Below are positions 17,702 through 27,514 of a stretch of 64,000 nucleotides of DNA, in pieces. The notes beneath the pieces are model-generated. The model saw only the letters and a list, made by a program, of their open reading frames with translations, was not told where the DNA came from and did not search any database. Every line of letters starts with the position of its first letter. The stretch's first letter is position 1. The translations under genes were made by a program, and so were the position numbers. Origin of the DNA: a bacterium (GTDB lineage: Bacteria; UBA8248); NCBI GenBank assembly GCA_963692865.2, contig OY843592.1:3328001-3392000 (forward strand). The letters are read 5' to 3'.

Positions 17702-18010
17702 ATGAAAGGGCGGAAGATGAATGAATTTCTTGCCAGATCCCTCGGTGCATTCAACGCAATTTTGTCGGTTATCGTCATTTCCGTTTCCGGTTTAGTTGGC
17801 TTCCGTATCGGTCAAGATCAGATTTCGGATTACGGCGGCTTCATTGGCATTGCTATCGGCCTCATGGTTGGCTGGATCGTTGCCGTAATCGTGTTCGGCA
17901 CACTCGCCGTGTTACTCAACATCAGAGAATTGCTCGTCAACGTCCATGACACGCTTGAAAAACAGCAAGTCGAAAGAAGGATCAGGAGAAGGTCCGAACC
18001 CAGATTATGA
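17702..18010 (+). CDS. Hypothetical two-helix membrane protein, low GC
   Basis: 102-aa ORF with two hydrophobic segments and a charged tail; fills the acuI-cinA gap; alternative start at 17718. Confidence 0.6.
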   Translation: MKGRKMNEFLARSLGAFNAILSVIVISVSGLVGFRIGQDQISDYGGFIGIAIGLMVGWIVAVIVFGTLAVLLNIRELLVNVHDTLEKQQVERRIRRRSEPRL

Positions 18011-18087
18011 CAAGATCGATCTCCGGCCTAGATTGGACAGGACTTGACGTTTTTCGGGAATCCCCAATAACCGAACGTAACGGAGGG

Positions 18088-18600
18088 TCACTCCCAAGAC
18101 GAACTTTGATTTGTTCCGTTTTTCTCGATTGCCTCTTTGAGCAAACCGAGCGTCGCCTCGGCGAACGCCCACATGTTCGCCTCCCTGTCCGCATCGCCCG
18201 TCTCGAGCGTCATCACCTTATCCACCGGGCCGGATACGGCCATGCACGAATGCCCCGGCGCATCCCCGTACCTGTTCCCCGAAGGGCCGGCCGCCCCCGT
18301 TTCGGAAACGCCCCAGGTCGAGCCCAGCCTGTCCTTAATCGCCGCGGCCAGCTTCGCCGCGTAGGGCTCCGTGCTCGGCCGCATTCCCTCGAAGGCGCTT
18401 TCGGGCAGCCCGAGCAGGATGCTTCTCGAATCATACGTGTAGAGCACGCCGCCGCCCATGTAGTAGGCCGAAGCCCCCGGAACGGCGAGAAGAGCGGAGG
18501 AGACCAGGCCGCCTGCGGAGGTTTCCGCAACGGCGACCGTTTGTTCCCTATCCTTCAGCAATTGCCCGATTTCACCGGCCATTCGCGTGAGCAGATCCAT
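18088..18600 (-). CDS. CinA C-terminal-domain (PncC-like) protein
   Basis: VAVAETSAGG, PGASAYY, SETGAAGP. Confidence 0.85.
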   Translation of the reverse strand: MDLLTRMAGEIGQLLKDREQTVAVAETSAGGLVSSALLAVPGASAYYMGGGVLYTYDSRSILLGLPESAFEGMRPSTEPYAAKLAAAIKDRLGSTWGVSETGAAGPSGNRYGDAPGHSCMAVSGPVDKVMTLETGDADREANMWAFAEATLGLLKEAIEKNGTNQSSSWE

Positions 18601-18758
18601 GAGGTTCTCCAGATGAGAAAAAATTGAACCCGGAAGGTGGAACAATGGCATATTCTCGCCTTAAAATCACCCCGTCACCGCTTTATGGCGCGCGAAACGC
18701 CGGGACGGGGGGACTTGGTTCCCACACGTGATATACTGCGCAGAATGCACGCCAAATC

Positions 18759-21122
18759 ATGAGTCCGACCCGGATACGTGGAGGAAGTCATCTGATGCCC
18801 GGCGGGCAAGAAGGAATCGAAAAACGTCACCACAGTTCCCATTGGGGGGCGTTCCGGGCGCACGTGCGCGATGGCCGCATGGTGGGTTTCGAGCCGTTCG
18901 CCAAGGACCCGGCGCCCTCGCCCATCCTGGAATCGATCCAGGACGCCATATACGACGAAACACGCATCTCCCAACCGATGATCCGAGCGGGCTGGCTCGA
19001 AGGCGGCCCCGGAAATAACTCCGAAGGACGCGGCGGCGAACCCTTCGTGCCCGTCTCCTGGGAGACGGCCCTCGGAATGGTCGCCGACGAAGTCATGCGC
19101 GTCAAAACCGAATACGGCAACGAGTCCATTTTCGCGGGTTCATACGGCTGGGCGAGCGCGGGCCGCTTCCACCATGCGAACACGCTGCTGAAGAGATTCT
19201 TCAACTGCTACGGCGGCTTCACGGATCAGGTGACCACCTACAGCATCGCCGCCGGGTACGTCATCCTTCCACACGTCATGGGGGATTTTATCTCCTGCGC
19301 CGGACACATCACGACTTGGGACAGCATCGCGCAAGACTCAGGGCTGTTCGTCATGTTCGGCGGCGTTCCTGTCAAGAACGCGCAGGTGGCTGCGGGAGGC
19401 GCGGGAGAACACTCCCTGGAGCTATGGCTCGAAAGGGCGAAGGCGAACGGGGTGGAATTCGTGAACGTAAGCCCCCTGAAAGACGATGCGCCAGATTTCC
19501 TGGACGCGCAGTGGCTCGCCGTGCGCCCGAATACGGACGTGGCGCTCATGCTCGGCCTCGCCCATACGCTTCGGGAGGAGAACCTGCACGATACGGATTT
19601 CCTCGCGCGCTATTGCGTGGGTTTCGAGAAGTTCGAAGCCTATCTGACGGGCGAAACCGACGGCCGGCCCAAGAACGCGGACTGGGCGGCCCCCATCACG
19701 GGAATCGGGGCGGACGTCATCCGAACCCTCGCCCGGCGCATGGCGGGCGCGCGAACCATGCTCAACACGAACTGGTCGCTCCAGCGCGCGGACCACGGCG
19801 AGCAGACGTTCTGGATGACCATCACGCTCGCCGCCATGCTCGGTCAAATCGGCCTGCCCGGCGGCGGCTTCGGCTTCGGCTACGGGAGCATGGGCGGACG
19901 CGGCGAGCCGCGCGAGAACATCCCTTCCGTCAGAATGGGGTTCGGGAAAAACCCGACCGGCAGCTTCATCCCCGTCGCCCGCATCGCGGACATGATGCTC
20001 CACCCGGGCGGGGAATACGACTTCAACGGCGAGCGCCGCACCTACCCGGACATCCGCATGGTGTACTGGTGCGGCGGCAATCCCTTCCACCACCACCAGG
20101 ATTTGAACCGGTTGGTGAAGGCGTGGCGGCGGCCCGAGACCATCGTCGTCCACGACCCCTGGTGGACGTCCACGGCGCGCCATGCGGACATCGTGCTGCC
20201 CGCCACCACGACGCTCGAGCGCAACGACATCGGTTCGAGTTCGAGAGACCGCTTCATCCTCGCCATGCACAAGGTGATCGAGCCGGTCGGAGAGGCCCGG
20301 CACGATTTCGACATCTTCGCCGACTTGGCCGAACGCCTCGGCTTTAAGAGCGCCTTCACCGAAGACCGCGGCGAGACGGAATGGCTGAGACACATCTACG
20401 AGGAGGCGCGCCAGAAGGCCGCCTCTCAGGGCGTGGTCCTCGATACGTTCGAGCATTTCTGGGAGACGGGACACACGGAAGTCGCTACGCCTGAGACGCC
20501 GCACGTCTATCTGGCCGATTTCCGGGAAGACCCGGAGAACAAGCCGCTCAAGACGCCCTCCGGGAAAATCGAGATATATTCGGAGCGCATCGAGAGCTTC
20601 GGGTACGCTGATTGTCCGCCCCACCCCGCCTGGCTCGAACCCATGGAGTGGCTGGGGAGCGGACTGGCGGAGAAATTCCCGCTGCACATGATCTCGAACC
20701 AGCCGCGCACGAGACTCCACGGCCAGATGGACAGCGGCTCCACCAGCGTCAAGAGCAAGATTCAAGGCAGGGAGCCGGTGTGGATTCACCCCGCAGACGC
20801 CGCAGCCAGAGGAATCGCAGGCGGAGACGTCGTTCGAATCTTCAATGAGCGGGGCGCGATTCTGGCGGGCGCCGTCATCACGGACGGGCTGCTGCCCGGC
20901 GTCATCCAGCTCTCCACGGGCGCGTGGTACGACCCGCAGGAACCGGGGAGAATCGGCGCGCTCGACAAGCACGGAAACCCCAACGTCCTGACGCCCGACA
21001 AGGGAACCTCGAGCCTCGGCCAGGGCCCCAGCGCGCACAGCGCGCTGGTGGAGATGGAGCGCTACGAGGAAGAGCTTCCCGAAGTCACGGCGTTTCAACC
21101 CCCATCCTTCATCGAGGCGTAA
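18759..21122 (+). CDS. DMSO/TMAO/biotin-sulfoxide-reductase-family molybdoenzyme (BisC-like), cytoplasmic
   Basis: SHWG, GSYGWASAGRFH, TYSIAAG (Ser ligand), GGNPFHHHQD, ADIVLPATT, RLHGQ, GNPNVLT; no Tat signal seen; start may be 18795. Confidence 0.9.
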   Translation: MSPTRIRGGSHLMPGGQEGIEKRHHSSHWGAFRAHVRDGRMVGFEPFAKDPAPSPILESIQDAIYDETRISQPMIRAGWLEGGPGNNSEGRGGEPFVPVSWETALGMVADEVMRVKTEYGNESIFAGSYGWASAGRFHHANTLLKRFFNCYGGFTDQVTTYSIAAGYVILPHVMGDFISCAGHITTWDSIAQDSGLFVMFGGVPVKNAQVAAGGAGEHSLELWLERAKANGVEFVNVSPLKDDAPDFLDAQWLAVRPNTDVALMLGLAHTLREENLHDTDFLARYCVGFEKFEAYLTGETDGRPKNADWAAPITGIGADVIRTLARRMAGARTMLNTNWSLQRADHGEQTFWMTITLAAMLGQIGLPGGGFGFGYGSMGGRGEPRENIPSVRMGFGKNPTGSFIPVARIADMMLHPGGEYDFNGERRTYPDIRMVYWCGGNPFHHHQDLNRLVKAWRRPETIVVHDPWWTSTARHADIVLPATTTLERNDIGSSSRDRFILAMHKVIEPVGEARHDFDIFADLAERLGFKSAFTEDRGETEWLRHIYEEARQKAASQGVVLDTFEHFWETGHTEVATPETPHVYLADFREDPENKPLKTPSGKIEIYSERIESFGYADCPPHPAWLEPMEWLGSGLAEKFPLHMISNQPRTRLHGQMDSGSTSVKSKIQGREPVWIHPADAAARGIAGGDVVRIFNERGAILAGAVITDGLLPGVIQLSTGAWYDPQEPGRIGALDKHGNPNVLTPDKGTSSLGQGPSAHSALVEMERYEEELPEVTAFQPPSFIEA

Positions 21123-22514
21123 ATGTCCAGAAAATTCTTCTCAGACCACGCGAAGTGGCCCCGGTGCGTTTCGGGTGGGCCTTTCCTGTTCTTCAGCGGG
21201 CGGATGGGAATGCGCCCGGGTACGGGGAACATCTGCACCAGGTACGCCGAAATCGGAGAAAAGGGGCCTGCGCGGACGAAGAACTACCCCTGGGTCGACA
21301 GGATAGAAGCGCCCATCGGCGCGCAAGCCATCGCCACCTACGAAGGCGTGGGAGAAACGCTCGAAGCGCATGGCGGAGGGCTGGAGAACCTGCTCCGGTT
21401 CCATCTCTATCAACTCGACAAGCGCTTTTTCCCGGTATTCGACAGCATCCGGCGCCACTATGAACCGAAAGACCCGACGCCGAGCACCGCCGTAGGCATG
21501 GGCGCGTTCGATCTGGAGCGTACCGTGCGCTTCAACATCGACGCCATCGCTCTTAATCCCGAAGCCGCGAAAACGCTGGGGAAAAGAATGGCGCACGAAG
21601 GCTCGAAGGCGCATTCGGCCGCGGCCCATTTCTCCCACGTCGTGGGCGCGGGGCCGTACCTTTTCGTCGCCGGGCAGATTCCGACGGATACCTCGAAACC
21701 CGGCTCCCCCCTCATCCGCAACTATCCCGACATCCCCAAGAGGGGGAGATTCCTCTCCGTCGGCCAGAGCCATGAGGACAGCAGGAACGGCCCCATCGCC
21801 GCGCAGACATGGTTCGTCTACGATCTGATCCGCAAACATCTGGAAGGCTCGGGGTCGTCTCTCGAAAACATCCTGAACCTGACCGTCTATCTCGGGGACA
21901 TGCGCGATTTCCCCACCTTCCACCGCATCCATGAGCGGTTCTTCCCGAAAGACCCGCCCGCCCTCACGGTGATGCAGGTGGCGGAAGTCGGCCACAAGGG
22001 GGAGAAGATCGAAATCGAACCGACGGCGCTGATGGATAAAAGCAAGATCAAGCGCGAGGTGATACGGGGTGAGGATGGCGCAGGCGCCCAGATGAGCCTG
22101 GGCGTCGCGGCGGGCGGCGTGTTGTTCCTCTCGAACCTGATCGGCCTGAACGGGGACGGCGAGCCGATCAGCAAAAGGAGCGAGCTCAAGGGAGCGCTCC
22201 GCCGGAGACTGCCGAAAGCGCCTTCACCGGCGACGAGAAACGTAGTCCTACAGGGGCTTGCGATTCTGGATCGGATGGAAGGCGCGATGAAGGCCGCAGA
22301 CGCCGACATGAGCCGCGTGACGCACCTGACGCTGTTTCTCCAGAACATCGCTCACCTATCGGCGCTCGAACCCCTGTTCAGGAAATACTTCCCGAAGCGA
22401 AGGCCGGCCTTCACCGCCATCCAGATACCCGAAACCTCTCCCGTGGCCGGTACGGAAGTCTCGATGACGGCCATCGGGTGGATAGGCGACGGCGCCCCGG
22501 AGATCGTCGCGTAA
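21123..22514 (+). CDS. Protein with three tandem Rid (YjgF/YER057c/UK114)-like domains
   Basis: Three repeats: LFFSGRM / LFVAGQI / LFLSNLI; AQA / AQT / LQG helices; PTPST / PPALT / RPAFT; FNIDAIA / IEIEPTA / VSMTAIG. Confidence 0.75.
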   Translation: MSRKFFSDHAKWPRCVSGGPFLFFSGRMGMRPGTGNICTRYAEIGEKGPARTKNYPWVDRIEAPIGAQAIATYEGVGETLEAHGGGLENLLRFHLYQLDKRFFPVFDSIRRHYEPKDPTPSTAVGMGAFDLERTVRFNIDAIALNPEAAKTLGKRMAHEGSKAHSAAAHFSHVVGAGPYLFVAGQIPTDTSKPGSPLIRNYPDIPKRGRFLSVGQSHEDSRNGPIAAQTWFVYDLIRKHLEGSGSSLENILNLTVYLGDMRDFPTFHRIHERFFPKDPPALTVMQVAEVGHKGEKIEIEPTALMDKSKIKREVIRGEDGAGAQMSLGVAAGGVLFLSNLIGLNGDGEPISKRSELKGALRRRLPKAPSPATRNVVLQGLAILDRMEGAMKAADADMSRVTHLTLFLQNIAHLSALEPLFRKYFPKRRPAFTAIQIPETSPVAGTEVSMTAIGWIGDGAPEIVA

Positions 22515-22516
22515 AG

Positions 22517-22783
22517 GGGTTGTTGAAAAAGCCCACAGAAGGAGCGCGCCCAATTTCACTCCCCCCTTGAGGGGGAGTCGACGAGGTAAGGGCGTAAGCC
22601 CGCAAGCGAGTCGGTGGGGGGAGCTTTTTCTGTGGCACGTCCCCCCACCGAGTCAGCCTTCACCTGTCGGTTCGGCTTCCTCGTCTGGCTTTCCCCTCGG
22701 AAAGCCAGACCCTCAAGGGGGGAGTGAACTTCAAAAGCGCGCACGCAACCCAAAATCGCTTACCGGGGGTTTTTCAACAACCC
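22517..22783. mobile_element. MITE-like element with 14-bp terminal inverted repeats and nested palindromes
   Basis: GGGTTGTTGAAAAA (22517-22530) / TTTTTCAACAACCC (22770-22783); inner 19-bp inverted repeat 22555-22573 / 22710-22728; further 11-bp and 12-bp stems. Confidence 0.7.
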
Positions 22784-22790
22784 GATAAAG

Positions 22791-23690
22791 CTAGTTCGAA
22801 TCGCAGACCCTGTGCCCGGCGAGGTCCTCGATGAGGGTGGCGAAACCGCTGTGGTCCAACTCCCCGCGGTCCGCCGCCAGGAGCGCGGTGAACATCTGGT
22901 AGAGTTGGCCCGTCGCCGGTATGGCCACGCCCAAATCCGCCCCGGCTTCCATGGCGAGACGCAGGTCCTTGCGGTGCAGGCGAATCCGGAAGCCCGGCGG
23001 GTATTCGCCCTTCACCAGATTCGGCCCGCGCAGCTCGAGCACGCGGGATTGCGCAAGGCCGCCGGATAGCGCCGCTATCATCTTCTCGGGATTCACGCCC
23101 GCTTTCGAGCCCAGCACCAGCGCCTCGCTCATTGCGGCGATGTGCAGCCCCACCATGATCTGATTCGCGATTTTCACGTACCCGCCGTCTCCCACGTTCT
23201 CGCCCACGTGGACGATGGTCTTCCCCATGGCCTCGAAGACGGGGAGCGCATCCTCGAAATCCGCCGCGGCGCCACCCACCATGATGGAGAGCGTGCCCTC
23301 CCTGGCGCCTACGTCGCCTCCGCTCACGGGGGCATCGAGCATGCGCACGCCCCTCTCCCCCAAAGCCCCCGCCACTTTCTTGGAGACGCCGGGAGCGATG
23401 GTGCTCATGTCGATGAAAAGGGACCCCTCCCCCGCTCCCTCGATGACGCCCCCCTCGCCCAGGGCGACCAGTTCGACGTCCGGGGAATCGGGAAGACAGG
23501 TGATGATGACCTCGGCCCTGGAAGCCGCTTCCGATGCGGACCCGCAAACAACCGCGCCCGCCTCACCCAGCTCCTCCAGCGGGGGTTTGCTCCGGTTGTG
23601 GACGGCCACCGAATGACCGGCTTTCAGCAAGTTCAACACCATGGGCTTGCCCATGATGCCGGTTCCGATAAAGGCGACGGATCGCCTCAT
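22791..23690 (-). CDS. 2-hydroxy-3-oxopropionate reductase-like beta-hydroxyacid dehydrogenase
   Basis: FIGTGIMG, LDAPVSGG, LSIMVGG, KIANQI, PGFRIRLHRKDL. Confidence 0.88.
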   Translation of the reverse strand: MRRSVAFIGTGIMGKPMVLNLLKAGHSVAVHNRSKPPLEELGEAGAVVCGSASEAASRAEVIITCLPDSPDVELVALGEGGVIEGAGEGSLFIDMSTIAPGVSKKVAGALGERGVRMLDAPVSGGDVGAREGTLSIMVGGAAADFEDALPVFEAMGKTIVHVGENVGDGGYVKIANQIMVGLHIAAMSEALVLGSKAGVNPEKMIAALSGGLAQSRVLELRGPNLVKGEYPPGFRIRLHRKDLRLAMEAGADLGVAIPATGQLYQMFTALLAADRGELDHSGFATLIEDLAGHRVCDSN

Positions 23691-23798
23691 GTCTACGCCT
23701 CCCTTTTGGCGATTTATGGACAAACAAGTCGCGGGCTGGCCCCTCTGACGCAATCGCGAAAGTTATGCGGACTCCTGCGCTTTACGCCTCCTGGCAGA

Positions 23799-25136
23799 TT
23801 ACCCGCCGAGGCGGGACTCCAGCCATCTTGCTGTTCTCAGCAGTCTCGCGTCGTCTCCCCTAGGCCCCACGAGCTGCGCGCCGAGCGGCATCCCGTCCGC
23901 TCCCTCCAGCAGGGGAAGCGTAACGGCCGGCGTCCCGCACAAGGTCCAGATGGTGCAGAAAACCGGATTCCCCGTCGCGCCCAGCCCAAGCGGCGCCTGC
24001 CCCGGCGCAGGCGGGGTCAAGATGGCGTCGAACCGCGCAAAAATTTCTCCCAGCAATCCGTTCAGAACGGGCACGCGCTCCACCGCCCGGGTGTAATCCA
24101 CCGCGAGATATTTCTTGCCGCGTTCCATCATCTTGCGCAGAAGATCGCTCAGCTGGTCTTTCCCGCGCTCGTATTCCGTCTCAAAGTTCCGCGCGAGGTT
24201 CGATTCCAGGATGACCTGGTGCCACTCGATCGCGCTGTTGAAGGCATCGGGAAGTTCGACTTCCTCCACGACCTCACCGCCCAGACTTGTCGCCAATCCT
24301 TCAAAGGCCGCCTGCGCGTCCTCTTCGGCCTGATCCCACACGGGCGTTTTCACGAACGCGAAACGCGGCGTGACAGGAGGCTCCGAGGCGGCGGTTTCCA
24401 GCAGCCTCGGGGCCGCGCGATGCCGCATGTCCGGGTCGCGCGCGTCAAAGACCATCAGTTGATCGCCCAGGAAGGCGACGTCCTCGACCGAGCGCGCGAA
24501 GAGGCCCACGTGATCGATCGGCCTCGACTGCGGAAGCATGCCGTAGCGTGAAATCGATCCGTGGGTGGGCTTGAAGCCGCAGACCCCGCAAAAAGAGGCA
24601 GGTCGGATGACGGAGCCGTTCGTCTGGCTCCCCACCGCGGCGGGAACCATGCGGGAGGCGACGGAGGCGGCGGAACCGCTCGACGAACCGCCGGGCGTGC
24701 GGTTCGGATCGTGGGGATTCTTCGTCTTGCCGGGAGAATAGACGGCGAACTCCGTCGTCACGGTCTTGCCCATAATGACGGCGCCCGCGCTTTTCAGCAG
24801 GGATACGAGCGCGGCGTCCTCGGTGGGCTGCCGGCCCGCGTGAAGTATGGAGCCGTTCTCGGTCGGCAGATCGGCGGTGTCGATGATGTCCTTGATCCCG
24901 ACGGGAACCCCGTGAAAGGGTCCCAGGGCCTTCCCTTCCCCTCTGGCCTGGTCGGCTTCCCTCGCCTGCCTCAGGGCGAACTCCTCATCCAGGTGCTCCC
25001 AGGCGCCGATTTGCTCCTCACACGCCTCGATGCGGGCCAGGCACGCCCTGACGAGTTCTTCGGAGGTCAATTCACCTTCGCGTATTGCCTCTGCGGCGCG
25101 AAGGGCGCTCAGTTGGGCCGGATTGCTCTCTTCCAT
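23799..25136 (-). CDS. Amidase-signature family amidase
   Basis: GIKDII, PGGSSSGSAA, GSQTNGSVIRPAS. Confidence 0.9.
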   Translation of the reverse strand: MEESNPAQLSALRAAEAIREGELTSEELVRACLARIEACEEQIGAWEHLDEEFALRQAREADQARGEGKALGPFHGVPVGIKDIIDTADLPTENGSILHAGRQPTEDAALVSLLKSAGAVIMGKTVTTEFAVYSPGKTKNPHDPNRTPGGSSSGSAASVASRMVPAAVGSQTNGSVIRPASFCGVCGFKPTHGSISRYGMLPQSRPIDHVGLFARSVEDVAFLGDQLMVFDARDPDMRHRAAPRLLETAASEPPVTPRFAFVKTPVWDQAEEDAQAAFEGLATSLGGEVVEEVELPDAFNSAIEWHQVILESNLARNFETEYERGKDQLSDLLRKMMERGKKYLAVDYTRAVERVPVLNGLLGEIFARFDAILTPPAPGQAPLGLGATGNPVFCTIWTLCGTPAVTLPLLEGADGMPLGAQLVGPRGDDARLLRTARWLESRLGG

Positions 25137-25194
25137 CAGATTACTCCTCCAATCAGCGCGCTTCGTCCTCGGGCGCATCCTTTCAATACATCGA

Positions 25195-26094
25195 TCATCG
25201 GGGACGCTCCGCCGCTCCCGTCAACATGGCCACCGCGGCGAAATCCAGATCCCCCAGGCCATCGCGCGAGGCCATGCGGTAGACCTGGTTCGCGGCCGCG
25301 CCGGCAGGGCACGGAATTCCCAGGGACATCAGGGCGGAAACGGCCAGGGACATGTCCTTGAGCATCAAGTCCACCGTAAAGCCGGCTTCGAAATCCTTGC
25401 TCGATGGCGCGCCCTCGATGAGGCCGGCGCACGGCGGGTCTTTCTCCATCACCCAGCTCCCGCCGCTGCTCGTGCGGACCACCTCATGTAAAATTTTGGT
25501 ATCCACACCCGACGCCTTGCCCATGGCGAACGCCTCCGCCGCCGCCACCATGGTGACGCCCGCGATGAGATTGTTGCAGAGTTTCGCAACCTGCCCCGCG
25601 CCGTACCCCCCGACGTGGATGATGTTCTTCCCCATCAGCGCCAGAACGGGCTGCGCGGTCTCGAACGCCTCTTTCGGCCCCCCGACCATAATCGTAAGGC
25701 TTGCCGCCTCAGCCCCCATCACCCCGCCCGAAACTGGCGCATCGAGCGCCACCGCCCCGCGCTCGGCCGCTTCGGCGGCGAGTTTGCGGCTCTGATCGGG
25801 CTCGATGGTGGAGAGGTCGACCAGCAAGCCGCCCTCGCCCACGGCTTCCATGAGGCCGCCCTCGCCCATGAATACCTCTTCCACTTCGGCTCCCGTGGGC
25901 AGGGAAGTGAGTACGATTTCGCACGTAGAGGCGAGTTCCGCAGGACCGGACGCCTCGAAGGCGCCATGAGACACGGCGCGCTCCACGGATTCCGGGACGA
26001 CGTCCACGACGCCCACTTCATGGCCCGCCTTGATGAGGTGCGGCACCATGCGGCCGCCCATCGCTCCCACGCCTACAAAACCCAATCGCTTCAT
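25195..26094 (-). CDS. mmsB: 3-hydroxyisobutyrate dehydrogenase-like
   Basis: GVGAMG, DAPVSGG, KLCNN, MmsB-type insert SSGGSW...APSSKDFEAGF...LMLKD. Confidence 0.75.
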   Translation of the reverse strand: MKRLGFVGVGAMGGRMVPHLIKAGHEVGVVDVVPESVERAVSHGAFEASGPAELASTCEIVLTSLPTGAEVEEVFMGEGGLMEAVGEGGLLVDLSTIEPDQSRKLAAEAAERGAVALDAPVSGGVMGAEAASLTIMVGGPKEAFETAQPVLALMGKNIIHVGGYGAGQVAKLCNNLIAGVTMVAAAEAFAMGKASGVDTKILHEVVRTSSGGSWVMEKDPPCAGLIEGAPSSKDFEAGFTVDLMLKDMSLAVSALMSLGIPCPAGAAANQVYRMASRDGLGDLDFAAVAMLTGAAERPR

Positions 26095-26134
26095 CAGATT
26101 TCCTCCACGAAAAATTTTCTCATTTTCATTTATC

Positions 26135-27514
26135 TTAACCCGCCCCCGCCAGAAACTCCTCCGCCACCGCGCACAGGAACCCCTCCCTGAAAGCGGGCGC
26201 AAGCAGGGTCATCCCGATGGGCAGCCCGTTCGCATAAAAACCGTTCGGGACGGCGATGGCGCATAAATCCAGCAAATTCACAAAATTCGTATACATCCCC
26301 AGGTTCGCGTTCAAGGCAACGGGGTCACCATTCACTTCATCTATTGTGTAGGCTGTGGGCGTCGTTGGAACCGACATAATATCAATATCTTCCCAGGCTG
26401 ATCTCGCCTCACGCTTTAATTCCTCCAGGCGATAGAATGCCCGGTAGGCGTCGACCGCCGTGTACCGGGCGGCGCCCGCAATCAACTCCTTCGTCACGGG
26501 ATGAAGGGCTCCGGGTTTCTTTCCGAAAAAATCCTCAATCGCCGCCAGACGCTCCGCCATCCAGGGGCCGCCGTAGAGGAGTTTCGCCGCCTCGAAAAAA
26601 GGCGAGAAATCAACTTCCCGAACAGCCACGCCCATCTGTACAACCCGCTCGATGCCCCTCTCATAGGCGCTTCGCGCCTCACCATCTCCCAGAAAATCCC
26701 TTTGTCCGGGGAGGGGAACGCCCGCCTGAATACCCTCCGGCAAGTCGATCATCTCCAAAGACGCTCCCTCCGGAAGAGAGCGGCTGTAAGGGTCCTCATC
26801 GGGCGCGGCCATCGTCTCGAGGGCGCAGAGCGCATCCGCAACCTCCAGGGCGAAGACCGATACGCAATCGAGCGTCCGGCAGGCGGGAACCACGCCCCGC
26901 GCGCTCACCAGTCCTCGCGAGGGCTTGAGACCCACGATGTTGTTGAACCCCGCGGGAACCCGGCCCGATCCTGCCGTATCCGTGCCGAGCGCGAAACTCA
27001 CCAACCCCGCCGCGACGGCCACGGCAGAACCGGAACTCGAACCGCCCGGAACGTAGTCCGCGTGAAACGGATTTCGGGCCACGCCATACGGACTGCGAAC
27101 GCCGACGAGGCCCAGCGCGAACTGATCCAGATTCGTCTTCCCGACGAAAACGGCCCCCGCGTCGAGCAGAAGCGCCACGCATGGAGCGCTCTCATCCGGC
27201 GTATAGGCGTATTCGGGGCACGCCGCCGTCGTCGGAACACCCGCCACGTCAATGTTGTCCTTCACCGCAAAGGGCACGCCGTAAAGGGGGAGTTCGTCCG
27301 CATCCGCGCTACGGGCCTCCAACTCTTGCGCCCGCGCGAGTAATTTATCCTCGGATTCCAAGTGAATCCACACGCCGTCATCACCGCGCGCGGCGATTCG
27401 CTTGCAAACCTCATGAACCACGTCCGAAGGCGTACGCTCTCCCGAAGAATACGCTGCCTGAAGGCGGGAGAATCTCATCTCCTCCGCGCCCGTCCCTGCG
27501 CCCGGCTTCATCAT
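26135..27514 (-). CDS. atzF: Allophanate hydrolase, amidase domain only
   Basis: AVKDNIDVAG, GKTNLDQFA, GTDTAGSGRVPA, LYGGPWMAER, YTNFVNLLD; 459 aa. Confidence 0.8.
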   Translation of the reverse strand: MMKPGAGTGAEEMRFSRLQAAYSSGERTPSDVVHEVCKRIAARGDDGVWIHLESEDKLLARAQELEARSADADELPLYGVPFAVKDNIDVAGVPTTAACPEYAYTPDESAPCVALLLDAGAVFVGKTNLDQFALGLVGVRSPYGVARNPFHADYVPGGSSSGSAVAVAAGLVSFALGTDTAGSGRVPAGFNNIVGLKPSRGLVSARGVVPACRTLDCVSVFALEVADALCALETMAAPDEDPYSRSLPEGASLEMIDLPEGIQAGVPLPGQRDFLGDGEARSAYERGIERVVQMGVAVREVDFSPFFEAAKLLYGGPWMAERLAAIEDFFGKKPGALHPVTKELIAGAARYTAVDAYRAFYRLEELKREARSAWEDIDIMSVPTTPTAYTIDEVNGDPVALNANLGMYTNFVNLLDLCAIAVPNGFYANGLPIGMTLLAPAFREGFLCAVAEEFLAGAG

